This document shows positions 18,041 to 26,078 of a DNA stretch of 64,000 nucleotides, in pieces. This DNA is from Candidatus Thorarchaeota archaeon (GTDB lineage Archaea; Asgardarchaeota; Thorarchaeia; Thorarchaeales; Thorarchaeaceae). A program made the translations under genes and the position numbers. Position 1 is the first letter of the stretch; every line of letters begins with the position of its first letter. The notes beneath the pieces are model-generated. The model searched no databases. It had not been told where the DNA came from and was given only the letters and a program-made list of their open reading frames with translations. The stretch is from contig DXJO01000020.1 in the NCBI GenBank assembly GCA_019057475.1, positions 74,875-138,874 of the forward strand, written 5' to 3'.

Positions 18041-19101
18041 GTAACGGGCAGAACTCCTCCATTACAACCCGGAATATCGTCACAGTAGCCATTTTGGCCT
18101 CTTTGGGAGGCTCACTTAGTACGTTTGTTGGTTACTTGGGAAATCTAATCAATCTAAGCCTTGGAGTACCCTTTGGGGCAGGTCAGTTTATGGCGGGTCT
18201 TCACGTCTTCTGGTTGATTCTCATTCGAGTAATTGTTGCCAAGCGTGGAACGGGCACGATGGGGGGGCTTCTGAAAGGACTAGTTGAGCTGTTCACTGGT
18301 AGCACACATGGATTAGTGATAGTTGCAGTTTCAATGGTTCAAGGTCTTCTCATCGACTTGGGGGCGGAGATTGCTGGAACCCCACACAATAACAGCAATA
18401 TTTCCAGGCTAACGTGGTGGCTGAGCGCAGGAGTTGCAGCTGCGTCGAATGTGTTTGTGCTCCAAGCATTCTACTTCTCAGGCGCACATTGGATCCTTCT
18501 TACTGTAATCGCGCTCTTGGCTTTCTGCTCAGGTGTAATCTTTGCTGGGTACTTCGCTTGGGAAACATTGGAATTCCTCAAGGACTCGAGAGTTCTGTCG
18601 AACAGCTTCTCAAGTACAAGTCCCTTTCCAGTGTCTAGAAAGAGAGTCACATATCGTAATTTACCTGCAATTGCCCTCATTATCTTCATCACAGTTGGTT
18701 CTCTATACTACACCGTTGCTGTTGCACAGGTTTTCTCCGATCCTTACAGCTGTAAAGTCACAGGTCTAGTGGAGAATCCTTACACTTACAGTCCACAAGC
18801 ATTCGTTGGACAGGAGGTAACAGTGCAAGCAGAGCTTCAAGGCGTGAACATTCACCTTGATCCAGCCAACTACACCGGTATTCTGCTAAGTACAATACTT
18901 GAAGCCGCCATACCGATGGCAGAAACTACTGGCGTGCGGATTGTGGCACGCGATGGATACACAATCCTTCTCGATCTTGATGAAGTCATGACTGATACTC
19001 ATCTGTTGCTCACCGAGGTTGAAGACGGACTTTGGCTGATTGCAAGCAACTACGATGGAGCTCTCTGGATTCGGATGGTAATTACTCTTGAGGTATACTA
19101 G
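18037..19101 (+). CDS. ECF-transporter S-component-like membrane domain fused to a second sulfite-oxidase-like domain
   Basis: The N-terminal roughly 215 aa are polytopic (GAGQFMAGLHVFWLILIRV..., GLVIVAVSMVQGLLIDLG). The C-terminal region VTGLVENPYTYSPQAF...TGILLSTILEAA...LLTEVEDGLW...IRMVITLEV is the second domain. The TTG start overlaps the upstream stop (GTTGA). Confidence 0.6.
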   Translation: MSNGQNSSITTRNIVTVAILASLGGSLSTFVGYLGNLINLSLGVPFGAGQFMAGLHVFWLILIRVIVAKRGTGTMGGLLKGLVELFTGSTHGLVIVAVSMVQGLLIDLGAEIAGTPHNNSNISRLTWWLSAGVAAASNVFVLQAFYFSGAHWILLTVIALLAFCSGVIFAGYFAWETLEFLKDSRVLSNSFSSTSPFPVSRKRVTYRNLPAIALIIFITVGSLYYTVAVAQVFSDPYSCKVTGLVENPYTYSPQAFVGQEVTVQAELQGVNIHLDPANYTGILLSTILEAAIPMAETTGVRIVARDGYTILLDLDEVMTDTHLLLTEVEDGLWLIASNYDGALWIRMVITLEVY

Positions 19102-19113
19102 GCGATTGAAGAA

Positions 19114-20568
19114 ATGCTGGAAGTACATGATGTAAGCTTCTCATATGATAACGAGAAGTTGATACTAGACTCGGTGAACCTTCAGATACGTCGTGGAGAA
19201 ATTACAGTGATTACCGGCCCCACGGGCTCGGGCAAGTCCACACTGGCTCTGGCTCTTGCAGGATTTATACCGAGAGTCATCGAAGGGGCCTTCACAGGTT
19301 CACTTCTTATCGACGGCGAAAATGTAGAGAAATATCTGATTTCTGAGATTGCACGCAAGGTAGCTCTAGTACAGCAGGACCCAGAGAGTCAAATCAGCAC
19401 ACTCCTTGTTTCCGACGAGGTAGCTTTTGGGCCTGAAAACTACTCTGTAGCGCCCTCAGAGATACAGAAACGAGTTGAGGTGTTTCTCAATGCAGTTAAA
19501 TCGTCACACCTTGCGAATCGTCCTACGTATGCCCTATCTGGGGGGGAAAAACAACGTGTCACTATCGCTTCAATGTTGGCAGGTAAACCTGACTTCCTAC
19601 TACTGGATGAACCATCAGCAAGTCTAGATCCAAAAGGGATACAACAGCTCCAGAAGGTCCTACTTGGTTTCAAGAACAGTGGATACGGGATTCTCTGCAT
19701 CGAGCACCGTCTGGCAACAATCCTACCCGTAGCGGACCGAGTACTACGGCTCTCTAAGGGTAAAATCAGCAGGTGGAGCGGCAAAACCAGTTCTGCAAAA
19801 ACTACTCCAGTTGAGCATTTCCGACGGCCAGACTCTGCAGAACCATTACTAATAGCCAAGGGCGTAAGTTACTCCTACGGGACTATCAGTGCAGTTCGAG
19901 ATGTAACATTGAGCGTTTATCCTGGAGAAATAGTAGCCCTTATGGGCGACAACGGTTCGGGAAAATCCACTTTAGTTAACCTACTGGCTGGGCTGTTGCA
20001 TTCAACTGACGGAATTACCTACATAGATGGTGTTCCGTCTATCGAAATGGCTGCACAGGATGTCGCAGCAAGAGTTGCAGTTGTGTTTCAGAATCCAAAT
20101 CATCAAATCTTCGAGCGCACAGTTCAGAGGGAACAATACTTGATTTTCGATGTACTAGACTCACTGGATGAAGCCCCTTCAGAGAGGCCCGAGGAGGTTC
20201 TATTGGCTGCAGGCCTTGCAAATCTAAAGGAACGAAACCCGTTCTCTTTGAGTCATGGCCAGAAGAGAAGGCTCAATGTCAGCTCTGTGACGGTTCACGA
20301 GCCGCTTGTGTATCTCTTTGATGAACCATTCATAGGCCAAGATGAGATAGGTCGAAACTTCATCACACAAACTATTCGGAAACGGGGTGAGAGCGGTGGC
20401 GCAGCCATATTGGTGACGCACGATTCCTCAGTAGCAACTAGTCTTTGTAACCGCATAATCTTCATGGAACGAGGATCAGTTCTGTTAGATGGCCCGCCAA
20501 AGATAGTGCTAGACCGACTAGGGGAGATAGGATATGGCGAATATGCAGATTTGGGGGTGATGTCCTAA
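19114..20568 (+). CDS. ecfA: ECF transporter ATPase, fused duplicated ABC domains (EcfA-EcfA')
   Basis: Two Walker A motifs (GPTGSGKST, GDNGSGKST), signature LSGGEKQRV / LSHGQKRRL, Walker B LLLDEP / YLFDEP. Confidence 0.85.
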   Translation: MLEVHDVSFSYDNEKLILDSVNLQIRRGEITVITGPTGSGKSTLALALAGFIPRVIEGAFTGSLLIDGENVEKYLISEIARKVALVQQDPESQISTLLVSDEVAFGPENYSVAPSEIQKRVEVFLNAVKSSHLANRPTYALSGGEKQRVTIASMLAGKPDFLLLDEPSASLDPKGIQQLQKVLLGFKNSGYGILCIEHRLATILPVADRVLRLSKGKISRWSGKTSSAKTTPVEHFRRPDSAEPLLIAKGVSYSYGTISAVRDVTLSVYPGEIVALMGDNGSGKSTLVNLLAGLLHSTDGITYIDGVPSIEMAAQDVAARVAVVFQNPNHQIFERTVQREQYLIFDVLDSLDEAPSERPEEVLLAAGLANLKERNPFSLSHGQKRRLNVSSVTVHEPLVYLFDEPFIGQDEIGRNFITQTIRKRGESGGAAILVTHDSSVATSLCNRIIFMERGSVLLDGPPKIVLDRLGEIGYGEYADLGVMS

Positions 20569-21387
20569 TTGACGATTGAGCACCAGTCCACCGAAAGCGG
20601 TAGTATGCTGCACAGACTCAATCCATCATTGAAGTTGGCTGGCCTTATCATCATCACAACAGGAATACTGATCTATCCAAGCTGGCGGTTCAGCGGCCTT
20701 CTGCTCCTCCTGACTATCCTTGGATTCAAAGTTTCCAATGTACCTCTGCACGTGAGCAAGAAGCGAATCCATTTTCTTATGGCTTTCTCAGCATTGCTTT
20801 TTATTTTTCAAGTGCTGATGACTGCAAATGGCACTATTCTGCTATTCATAATTCCAAAACATGATCTCATGGGACCGTTCCTACCAGTGACAGACTTCGG
20901 GATAGAGAAAGGGTTTCAGATGTCCTTGAGATTCTTGCTTGTTGTGTTTTCTAGTATGCTGTTCGTATCGGTGACTGATCCGACTCTTCTTGCTCATTCA
21001 CTCACTAGGCTTAAGATTCCCTACAGATACAGCTTTGCGCTCGTAATCGCGCTGAGGTTTCTCCCACTCTTTGACATGGAGAATAAGACGGTCAGAATAG
21101 CACAGAGGTCTAGAGGAATCTCAATCAGTGTACAGGGAATGTCAAGAATACTGAGAACCATCCGGTACACTTTCTTTCCCCTCCTTGTTTCTGCATTGTC
21201 AAGAGTGGACGCTCTTTCCTTGTCTATGGATGGGCGAGGTTTCGGGCATAGCAGAACCCGGACCTATCTTCGCAAGTCCTGTTGGACTGCCCTTGATTCT
21301 GCAGTGCTTGTTCTATTGTCCACGCTCCTGCTGGCATCCATTCTTCTAACACTGGGATTCCTCCCCCAGATATCTGCGATAATCTAG
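20569..21387 (+). CDS. ecfT: ECF transporter transmembrane (T) component, CbiQ/EcfT family
   Basis: Polytopic, with ...ALRFLPLF...IAQRSRG... typical of EcfT coupling helices. The TTG start directly follows the ecfA stop. Confidence 0.75.
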   Translation: MTIEHQSTESGSMLHRLNPSLKLAGLIIITTGILIYPSWRFSGLLLLLTILGFKVSNVPLHVSKKRIHFLMAFSALLFIFQVLMTANGTILLFIIPKHDLMGPFLPVTDFGIEKGFQMSLRFLLVVFSSMLFVSVTDPTLLAHSLTRLKIPYRYSFALVIALRFLPLFDMENKTVRIAQRSRGISISVQGMSRILRTIRYTFFPLLVSALSRVDALSLSMDGRGFGHSRTRTYLRKSCWTALDSAVLVLLSTLLLASILLTLGFLPQISAII

Positions 21388-21399
21388 ATCAATCCCAAA

Positions 21400-21990
21400 C
21401 TAGGGCTGCAATAACGATTTTTCATGTTCCGATTCCGGAACCAGCTCTTGGTTTGCGAGTGCTTCCAGCTTAGAATCTTCCTGACCTGTGCCTGCATCAT
21501 CGACAACCTCAACTCCCAATCGTTTGCAGACGTTCTTCAGAGTACCAATAGCTACTGAAGTCCAGCCAGTCACATCCAGTTCACCTGGTTTTGCGAGTTG
21601 TCGCGTCATGATGCTGAATGGATGGATATGCTCAGCAGTCAGTAGCCGTCCTACCACATCTATGATAATTATCCGATCCTCCGAATAGCACTGGGCGTAT
21701 AGCATTACTAGTCGATCAACGGCTTCGCTGGTACGTAGCGCAGCAAGAGCTCGTATTGATGCAAGCCATTCATCAAAATCATCTGAAACTGCAAGCTTCT
21801 CACAAAACTCGAGCATCTCCGGCTCATTTCTGCGGCCAAGCTCAATCATGGCAGGCTCTCTGAAGAGCAGGTGGATGCTTTTGTCACGGACTAATTCCCA
21901 TAGCTGCGCACTGCTTGTTTGGGCATGTAAAGAGGTACGGTCAACATCCGATTGAGGACGCGAGTGCAGGCGCAGCCGTGGATGGTTCAT
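21400..21990 (-). CDS. Hypothetical protein with HEAT/PBS-lyase-like helical repeats
   Basis: AMIELGRRNEPEMLEF..., WLASIRALAALRTSEAVDRLVML... Lies downstream of the methyltransferase on the same strand. Confidence 0.5.
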   Translation of the reverse strand: MNHPRLRLHSRPQSDVDRTSLHAQTSSAQLWELVRDKSIHLLFREPAMIELGRRNEPEMLEFCEKLAVSDDFDEWLASIRALAALRTSEAVDRLVMLYAQCYSEDRIIIIDVVGRLLTAEHIHPFSIMTRQLAKPGELDVTGWTSVAIGTLKNVCKRLGVEVVDDAGTGQEDSKLEALANQELVPESEHEKSLLQP

Positions 21991-22068
21991 GTATCAGCGT
22001 TCCGGGATTTCCTATTAAGGTCGTAAAAGAGTGCAATTGCCCAATCATCGCACATCCATGATATCTAA

Positions 22069-24129
22069 TCAAAGAGATAGAATCTGACGCTCAATTGCTT
22101 CTCTAATCGAGTCAAGGGCTTCCTTCATGCTCACACTTCTTCCTTCAGCATCGACGTTTGGATAATGCTTCGAATACTCTTCTAGGCATTTGCCGCAGGC
22201 CATCACAAAGATGTCGAGAGAATTGAACATTTCTCCCTGTTCCTTGGCATTCTCAATCAGTTTCCATGACGCCTTCAAGATCTCTGCCTTGATTGATTTC
22301 CATGAACGCTCTGGGGGGTTTCGTCCTCTCTTTCGACAAACAAGGACCATATCCATCGTGATGTTCTTCATCTGATGGAGGTGCGTTGAAGCTCTCATCT
22401 CGCTTCTGACAGGATACGACGCGGAAATGTAGAAACCAGAATTCAAGACGGCTTTTAAAACAAGAGCCCAAGCATCGCTTCTCTTGTGATGAAAAGTAAA
22501 TACAAAAATGCCCTCGTCCTTTAGAACCCGACAAGCTTCAGAAAACACCCGCGTAAGTCCTTCTACGAACTCCTCCTTTCCTTTCTTTTGAGCGCGATTC
22601 TCAATCACTTCTGCTTGCCACGGAACGGTTTCCCCCTTGAAGTAATCATAGCTTGTTTTTAGAGCAATCCTGAGCCAGACGTAGAAGAAGTTCGAGAGCT
22701 CAGAGTACATCACGTTGCCTGCATAAGGTGGGTCGGTTATCACCGCATCCACGCTCTTACGGGGGATGTCTATAAATTCCGATGACCCACACTGAAGAAG
22801 CACACTGCCCGGCTCGTGGATGACATCAAATGCCGTAGCGAGTTTTCCGATGATTGGTGTTTCAAACTGCACCTTTCTACTACCATCTTTCTCGATAACC
22901 CTTTCAAACGGCTGTCTACAGTATGCCTTTCCTTCCATTACAAGATTGACAAATGCAGTAAACGCACCCCTCCCCTTTGACGTATCGTAGCAATTTGCTT
23001 CGACCGGAGCCATTGAAGGCGAGTATGAATGAGTCCTGAAGATGTCTGTTATGAATCCTCTAGTACTGTTGTATTTCGCGAACATGTTGTTATACTTCAG
23101 GCAATTCGAGAATGCAAGAAGGAGAAACTCCTTGAGGTTCCAGTCCTCGACCCTCAAAATCCAATTAAGGATCTTTCCTAGATTCAGCAGCTGTCTCTCA
23201 TTGAACAAATCCTTGAATCGGACGTATCCATGGTTCAATGCTCTCTTTGTTTCAACTCCAAGAGGAATCGGAGTATCTGGGATTGGCAGCTGGTCCTTCA
23301 GCTTATCGAATTCCTGTTTAGCTGATGCAAGAAGCTGAAGGTCCGCTGAGTCAGCAGTCTTGTATCCTCGGCCATTCATTAGCCTTGGATTATTAGTCAA
23401 CTCGCATTGTGGACAATGGAATTCAACAGCATACATCCGTTCATGGAGCGGACCATTCCTCCCAGTTGCTGTCACTATCTTGCCGCCCCTACAGCCATTA
23501 TTGGGGCATTCGTATTTCCGTCTTCTTGCAGACGAGGTTGCTTTCGGAATGAATTCTGCTCCACATTTCGTGCATTTTGTCTTGATTTCCGCGTTTTTCG
23601 TCACAAAAACATCCCAACATTGTGGGCACACAATCACATCTCCTGTTTCAACTGGAGACCGGGCCAAGAAGTAATTCCGCATCAAAGGGATAGTGTGACC
23701 GCACTCAGTACACTCCAGCTCTTTGCAGTAGAAGTAGTATATCGCCTGTGCGGCGCTTCCGCAATCTGGGCACGTGGTCTTGTAGTACCTGCGCAGTTCG
23801 GTGCCAAGATCTCTCTCTAGCAAAGTAAGAGCGCGCTCGAGTTCCTCAGGATTGATGTCCTCAATCTGTTTCTTTACCACAAACCATGCGACTGGATTGA
23901 GGTCTCCAGCAACAACGCTGCAGCCAAATCGTAGAGCCTCCACGACGGTGGTTCCACCACCCATCATAGGATCAAGAATCACCTTGCTCGGGAGCTTGAC
24001 ATCCTGAGAGTAGAATTCCCAGAGCGAGTGAGGATCTAGATTCCAACCTTCTATCTGTTCATCTGCGAGGGTGTAGAGTATAATTGCACGAAAGACTGAC
24101 CCAAGTCGCCTTGCCCACCACTTATGCAT
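22069..24129 (-). CDS. DUF1156-type DNA methyltransferase (DPPY; N6-adenine/N4-cytosine class) with internal Zn-ribbon clusters; the conserved N-terminus continues upstream to about 24255 without a canonical start
   Basis: HKWWARRLGSVFRAI (DUF1156 hallmark); DPMMGGGTTVVEALRFGCSVVAGDLNPVA (SAM-binding motif); ITDPPYAGNVMY (motif IV); several CxxC pairs. Confidence 0.8.
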   Translation of the reverse strand: MHKWWARRLGSVFRAIILYTLADEQIEGWNLDPHSLWEFYSQDVKLPSKVILDPMMGGGTTVVEALRFGCSVVAGDLNPVAWFVVKKQIEDINPEELERALTLLERDLGTELRRYYKTTCPDCGSAAQAIYYFYCKELECTECGHTIPLMRNYFLARSPVETGDVIVCPQCWDVFVTKNAEIKTKCTKCGAEFIPKATSSARRRKYECPNNGCRGGKIVTATGRNGPLHERMYAVEFHCPQCELTNNPRLMNGRGYKTADSADLQLLASAKQEFDKLKDQLPIPDTPIPLGVETKRALNHGYVRFKDLFNERQLLNLGKILNWILRVEDWNLKEFLLLAFSNCLKYNNMFAKYNSTRGFITDIFRTHSYSPSMAPVEANCYDTSKGRGAFTAFVNLVMEGKAYCRQPFERVIEKDGSRKVQFETPIIGKLATAFDVIHEPGSVLLQCGSSEFIDIPRKSVDAVITDPPYAGNVMYSELSNFFYVWLRIALKTSYDYFKGETVPWQAEVIENRAQKKGKEEFVEGLTRVFSEACRVLKDEGIFVFTFHHKRSDAWALVLKAVLNSGFYISASYPVRSEMRASTHLHQMKNITMDMVLVCRKRGRNPPERSWKSIKAEILKASWKLIENAKEQGEMFNSLDIFVMACGKCLEEYSKHYPNVDAEGRSVSMKEALDSIREAIERQILSL

Positions 24130-24330
24130 TGTATAAACGGGTCTGTAATGTCGTCTACCAAAGCCAGTGGACTCCTTCTCAGCAATCCTGTTTATCTCGG
24201 TTACTGGAAACGTGACCTCAATGGGTTTCTTCGGCAGGCTAGAGCCTCCTGTACATTAGGGGTGTGTGAGTAAGAAGCAGTCAGCCCTTTCAATATTCCG
24301 AGGTTGATTTGATTATCAGCAAACCCTTGT

Positions 24331-24520
24331 TAGGCCTGCTGAGTAATCCTTAGGCACTTGATGGCAGACAATACCTTAGCTGAGCTTCAGGTTACACTGG
24401 AGTATGATGGAAACGTCCGGCTGAGGGAGGGTGGAACACAGAAGCTTCTTGCAGTTGGGCTCACTCATCTCAGGAAACAGGTCAGGCCGGTTCGAATCCC
24501 CCTTGCTGAAGGGGCGGACC
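24331..24520 (+). ncRNA. Orphan copy of the tnpB-downstream structured element (omega-RNA-like or IS right-end remnant); boundaries approximate
   Basis: Collinear similarity to 551-662: taggcct, cttgatggc, agggtggaacacag, gctcactca, ggtcag(g)ccgg. It ends in the hairpin GGTTCG-aat-CCCC-cttgctgaa-GGGG-CGGACC (24489-24521). No tnpB lies nearby. Confidence 0.4.
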
Positions 24521-24544
24521 GAAACAAGCTTGAAGAAGGGAGAA

Positions 24545-24621
24545 TGGTCCGGATGGCCGGATTTTTCGGCGCACTATTCGCCTATAGCAGCGCAGAACTG
24601 GCAACCCATGGATCTACAGCC
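24545..24621 (-). pseudogene. tRNA-Tyr 3'-half-like fragment (anticodon loop to CCA), intron-less, with a 30-nt insertion in the T loop
   Basis: The minus strand reads GGCTGTAG-ATCCATGGGTTGCCaGTTC[30 nt]AAATCCGGC-CaTCCgG-A-CCA. The genuine gene reads CTGTAG[intron]ATCCATGGGTTGCCGGTTCAAATCCGGC-CGTCCCG-A-CCA. No 5' half is present nearby. Confidence 0.6.
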
Positions 24622-24706
24622 TTTTAGAGGTCTAGAACATTGAGATGGCACATCAAATCTACTGACTGTTGGATATTAAAGAAAGATATCATACTATAAG
24701 TGGGAG

Positions 24707-25288
24707 TTGATAGTGAAACGCCTGTCACGGTTTCAGTGGCTTCTTGTTGTAGGTTTGATATTGTTTCTCAGCGGGAATTTTCTACCAATACGATTTCCAC
24801 TATGGAGCAGTCAGTATTCATTTGAAATCGGTCCTTGGGATTCCAGTTCGGAGAGTGTCGATATTCCATTCAGTATATTCTATGGTGAATCTGTGAGAGT
24901 GATAGTTGAATTTGACAGCTCTGCGACTCCTGATGATTGTTGGGTACGGGCGTTGGTGTACTATCAATATCCCACAAAAGTAATCTCTGATACGGCAATC
25001 CGTCTTGAAGGACAATGTGAAGTAAGCTTCACATTTGGCTGGGAAAATGTGCGCCTCATACCTGTCTTTGTCACTGGATTCACGGTTAGTCTATTCTATA
25101 CTGGTACAGACAGTGTTTCGGTAGATGTTGTTGTCACGAGTTTGGCAAACTTGGTCACTCTCACTGGCTTTGGATTCTTGGTCATTCTAGTCCTACCCAT
25201 CTTGAAACCAGCAGTAATCAGTAGATTTGGTAAACAGAGAAAGCAGCAAGATAGAGGAGTGGATAATGGTCGGGACGGCCGGATTTGA
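24707..25288 (+). CDS. Hypothetical membrane protein (N-terminal and C-terminal TM segments, beta-rich middle)
   Basis: TTG start. The last roughly 7 codons overlap the 3' end of tRNA-Tyr on the opposite strand. Confidence 0.45.
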   Translation: MIVKRLSRFQWLLVVGLILFLSGNFLPIRFPLWSSQYSFEIGPWDSSSESVDIPFSIFYGESVRVIVEFDSSATPDDCWVRALVYYQYPTKVISDTAIRLEGQCEVSFTFGWENVRLIPVFVTGFTVSLFYTGTDSVSVDVVVTSLANLVTLTGFGFLVILVLPILKPAVISRFGKQRKQQDRGVDNGRDGRI

Positions 25289-25374
25289 ACCGGCAACCCA
25301 TGGATCTCTCCAGACAACAACCGAAGCTGTTGCCCGCTACAGTCCATTGCTCTGCCAGGTTGAGCTACATCCCG
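25267..25374 (-). tRNA. tRNA-Tyr(GTA) with a roughly 31-nt intron at 37/38; C1:G72; CCA encoded
   Basis: Reverse complement: CGGGATG-TA-GCTC..GAGC-A-ATGGA-CTGTAG[cgggcaacagcttcggttgttgtctggagag]A-TCCAT-GGGTT-GCCGG-TTCAAAT-CCGGC-CGTCCCG-A-CCA. Confidence 0.85.
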
Positions 25375-25529
25375 ATGTTCGGAGCGAGTCCTGCATGGTT
25401 CTGAATAAAAGCATTGCTGCATAAGCTAATCGCTCTTGCTCATTTTCTTTCACAAACGTTGTCTTCAGCATTCAACTCTTGATTTCAATATTCTCCGTGT
25501 CTGCAATCTTGAAAGATTTTTGTATACTA

Positions 25530-26078
25530 CTAACTCAGGAATTCTGTCACATCATTGACAGATAATCTAGGTCTAGGTTTTGGATTTGCATCTGACCATC
25601 CCACAGTTATTGCCGCAAGTAGTTTCCAAGGTTTCTTGAAATAGTCAACGATACCTTCAGATGTATAAAGGATATCCCCAATCCAACAGGTTCCAAGTCC
25701 AAGTGCATGAGCTTTCAATAATAGATTTTGAATTGCTGCAGATACACTGTGAATCTCAGTGGACCATCCGAGCTTGTTCGTATTCCAAACCACAATGACC
25801 ACTGGAGCTTCTTTCATCATTGTGCATGAGCCATATGAAGAACCCACATCAAAGGTTAGTTTGTCAAGTTCACTTCTGTACATGTCCGTAAATTTGTCCT
25901 TAGATTCACCAGTAAGCACAGTGAATCTCCATTGCTGACCATTCTTGGCACTGGGCGCGAATGTTGCCGCTTCGATAATTTCTCTGACTAAATCCTCCTT
26001 TACTTCATCTTTCTTGTATGTTCTAATACTTCGACGTCCCTTGATAGCCTCATCAATACTCATCATGTCATTCAACAC
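25530..26078 (-). CDS. Nitroreductase-family (FMN) oxidoreductase
   Basis: GRRSIRTYKKDEV, APSAKNGQQWRFTV. Confidence 0.8.
   Translation of the reverse strand: MLNDMMSIDEAIKGRRSIRTYKKDEVKEDLVREIIEAATFAPSAKNGQQWRFTVLTGESKDKFTDMYRSELDKLTFDVGSSYGSCTMMKEAPVVIVVWNTNKLGWSTEIHSVSAAIQNLLLKAHALGLGTCWIGDILYTSEGIVDYFKKPWKLLAAITVGWSDANPKPRPRLSVNDVTEFLS

Noticed and set aside
24405-24450. RNase P RNA-like strings (ggaaacgtccggc resembling GGAAAGUCCGGGC; gggtggaacacagaag resembling P10-12/CR motifs).
   Set aside because: The same core (agggtggaacacag) recurs right after tnpB at 598-611, so it belongs to a repeated IS-associated element. No P4 partner, no GGUAAACCCC motif and no ACAGAAnnnGGCUUA motif lie in the correct order nearby.
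24489-24500. GGTTCGAATCC, a T-loop-like string suggesting a plus-strand tRNA.
   Set aside because: The flanking 5-mers are not complementary (gccgg / ccccc). No acceptor or anticodon arms can be drawn. It instead forms part of a terminal hairpin of the repeat element.
24358-24643. ORFs 24358-24627 (89 aa) and 24431-24643 (70 aa) in the methyltransferase upstream gap.
   Set aside because: They run through the repeat element and the tRNA-Tyr fragment, use TTG/GTG starts, and have no recognisable motifs. The region is better explained as non-coding.
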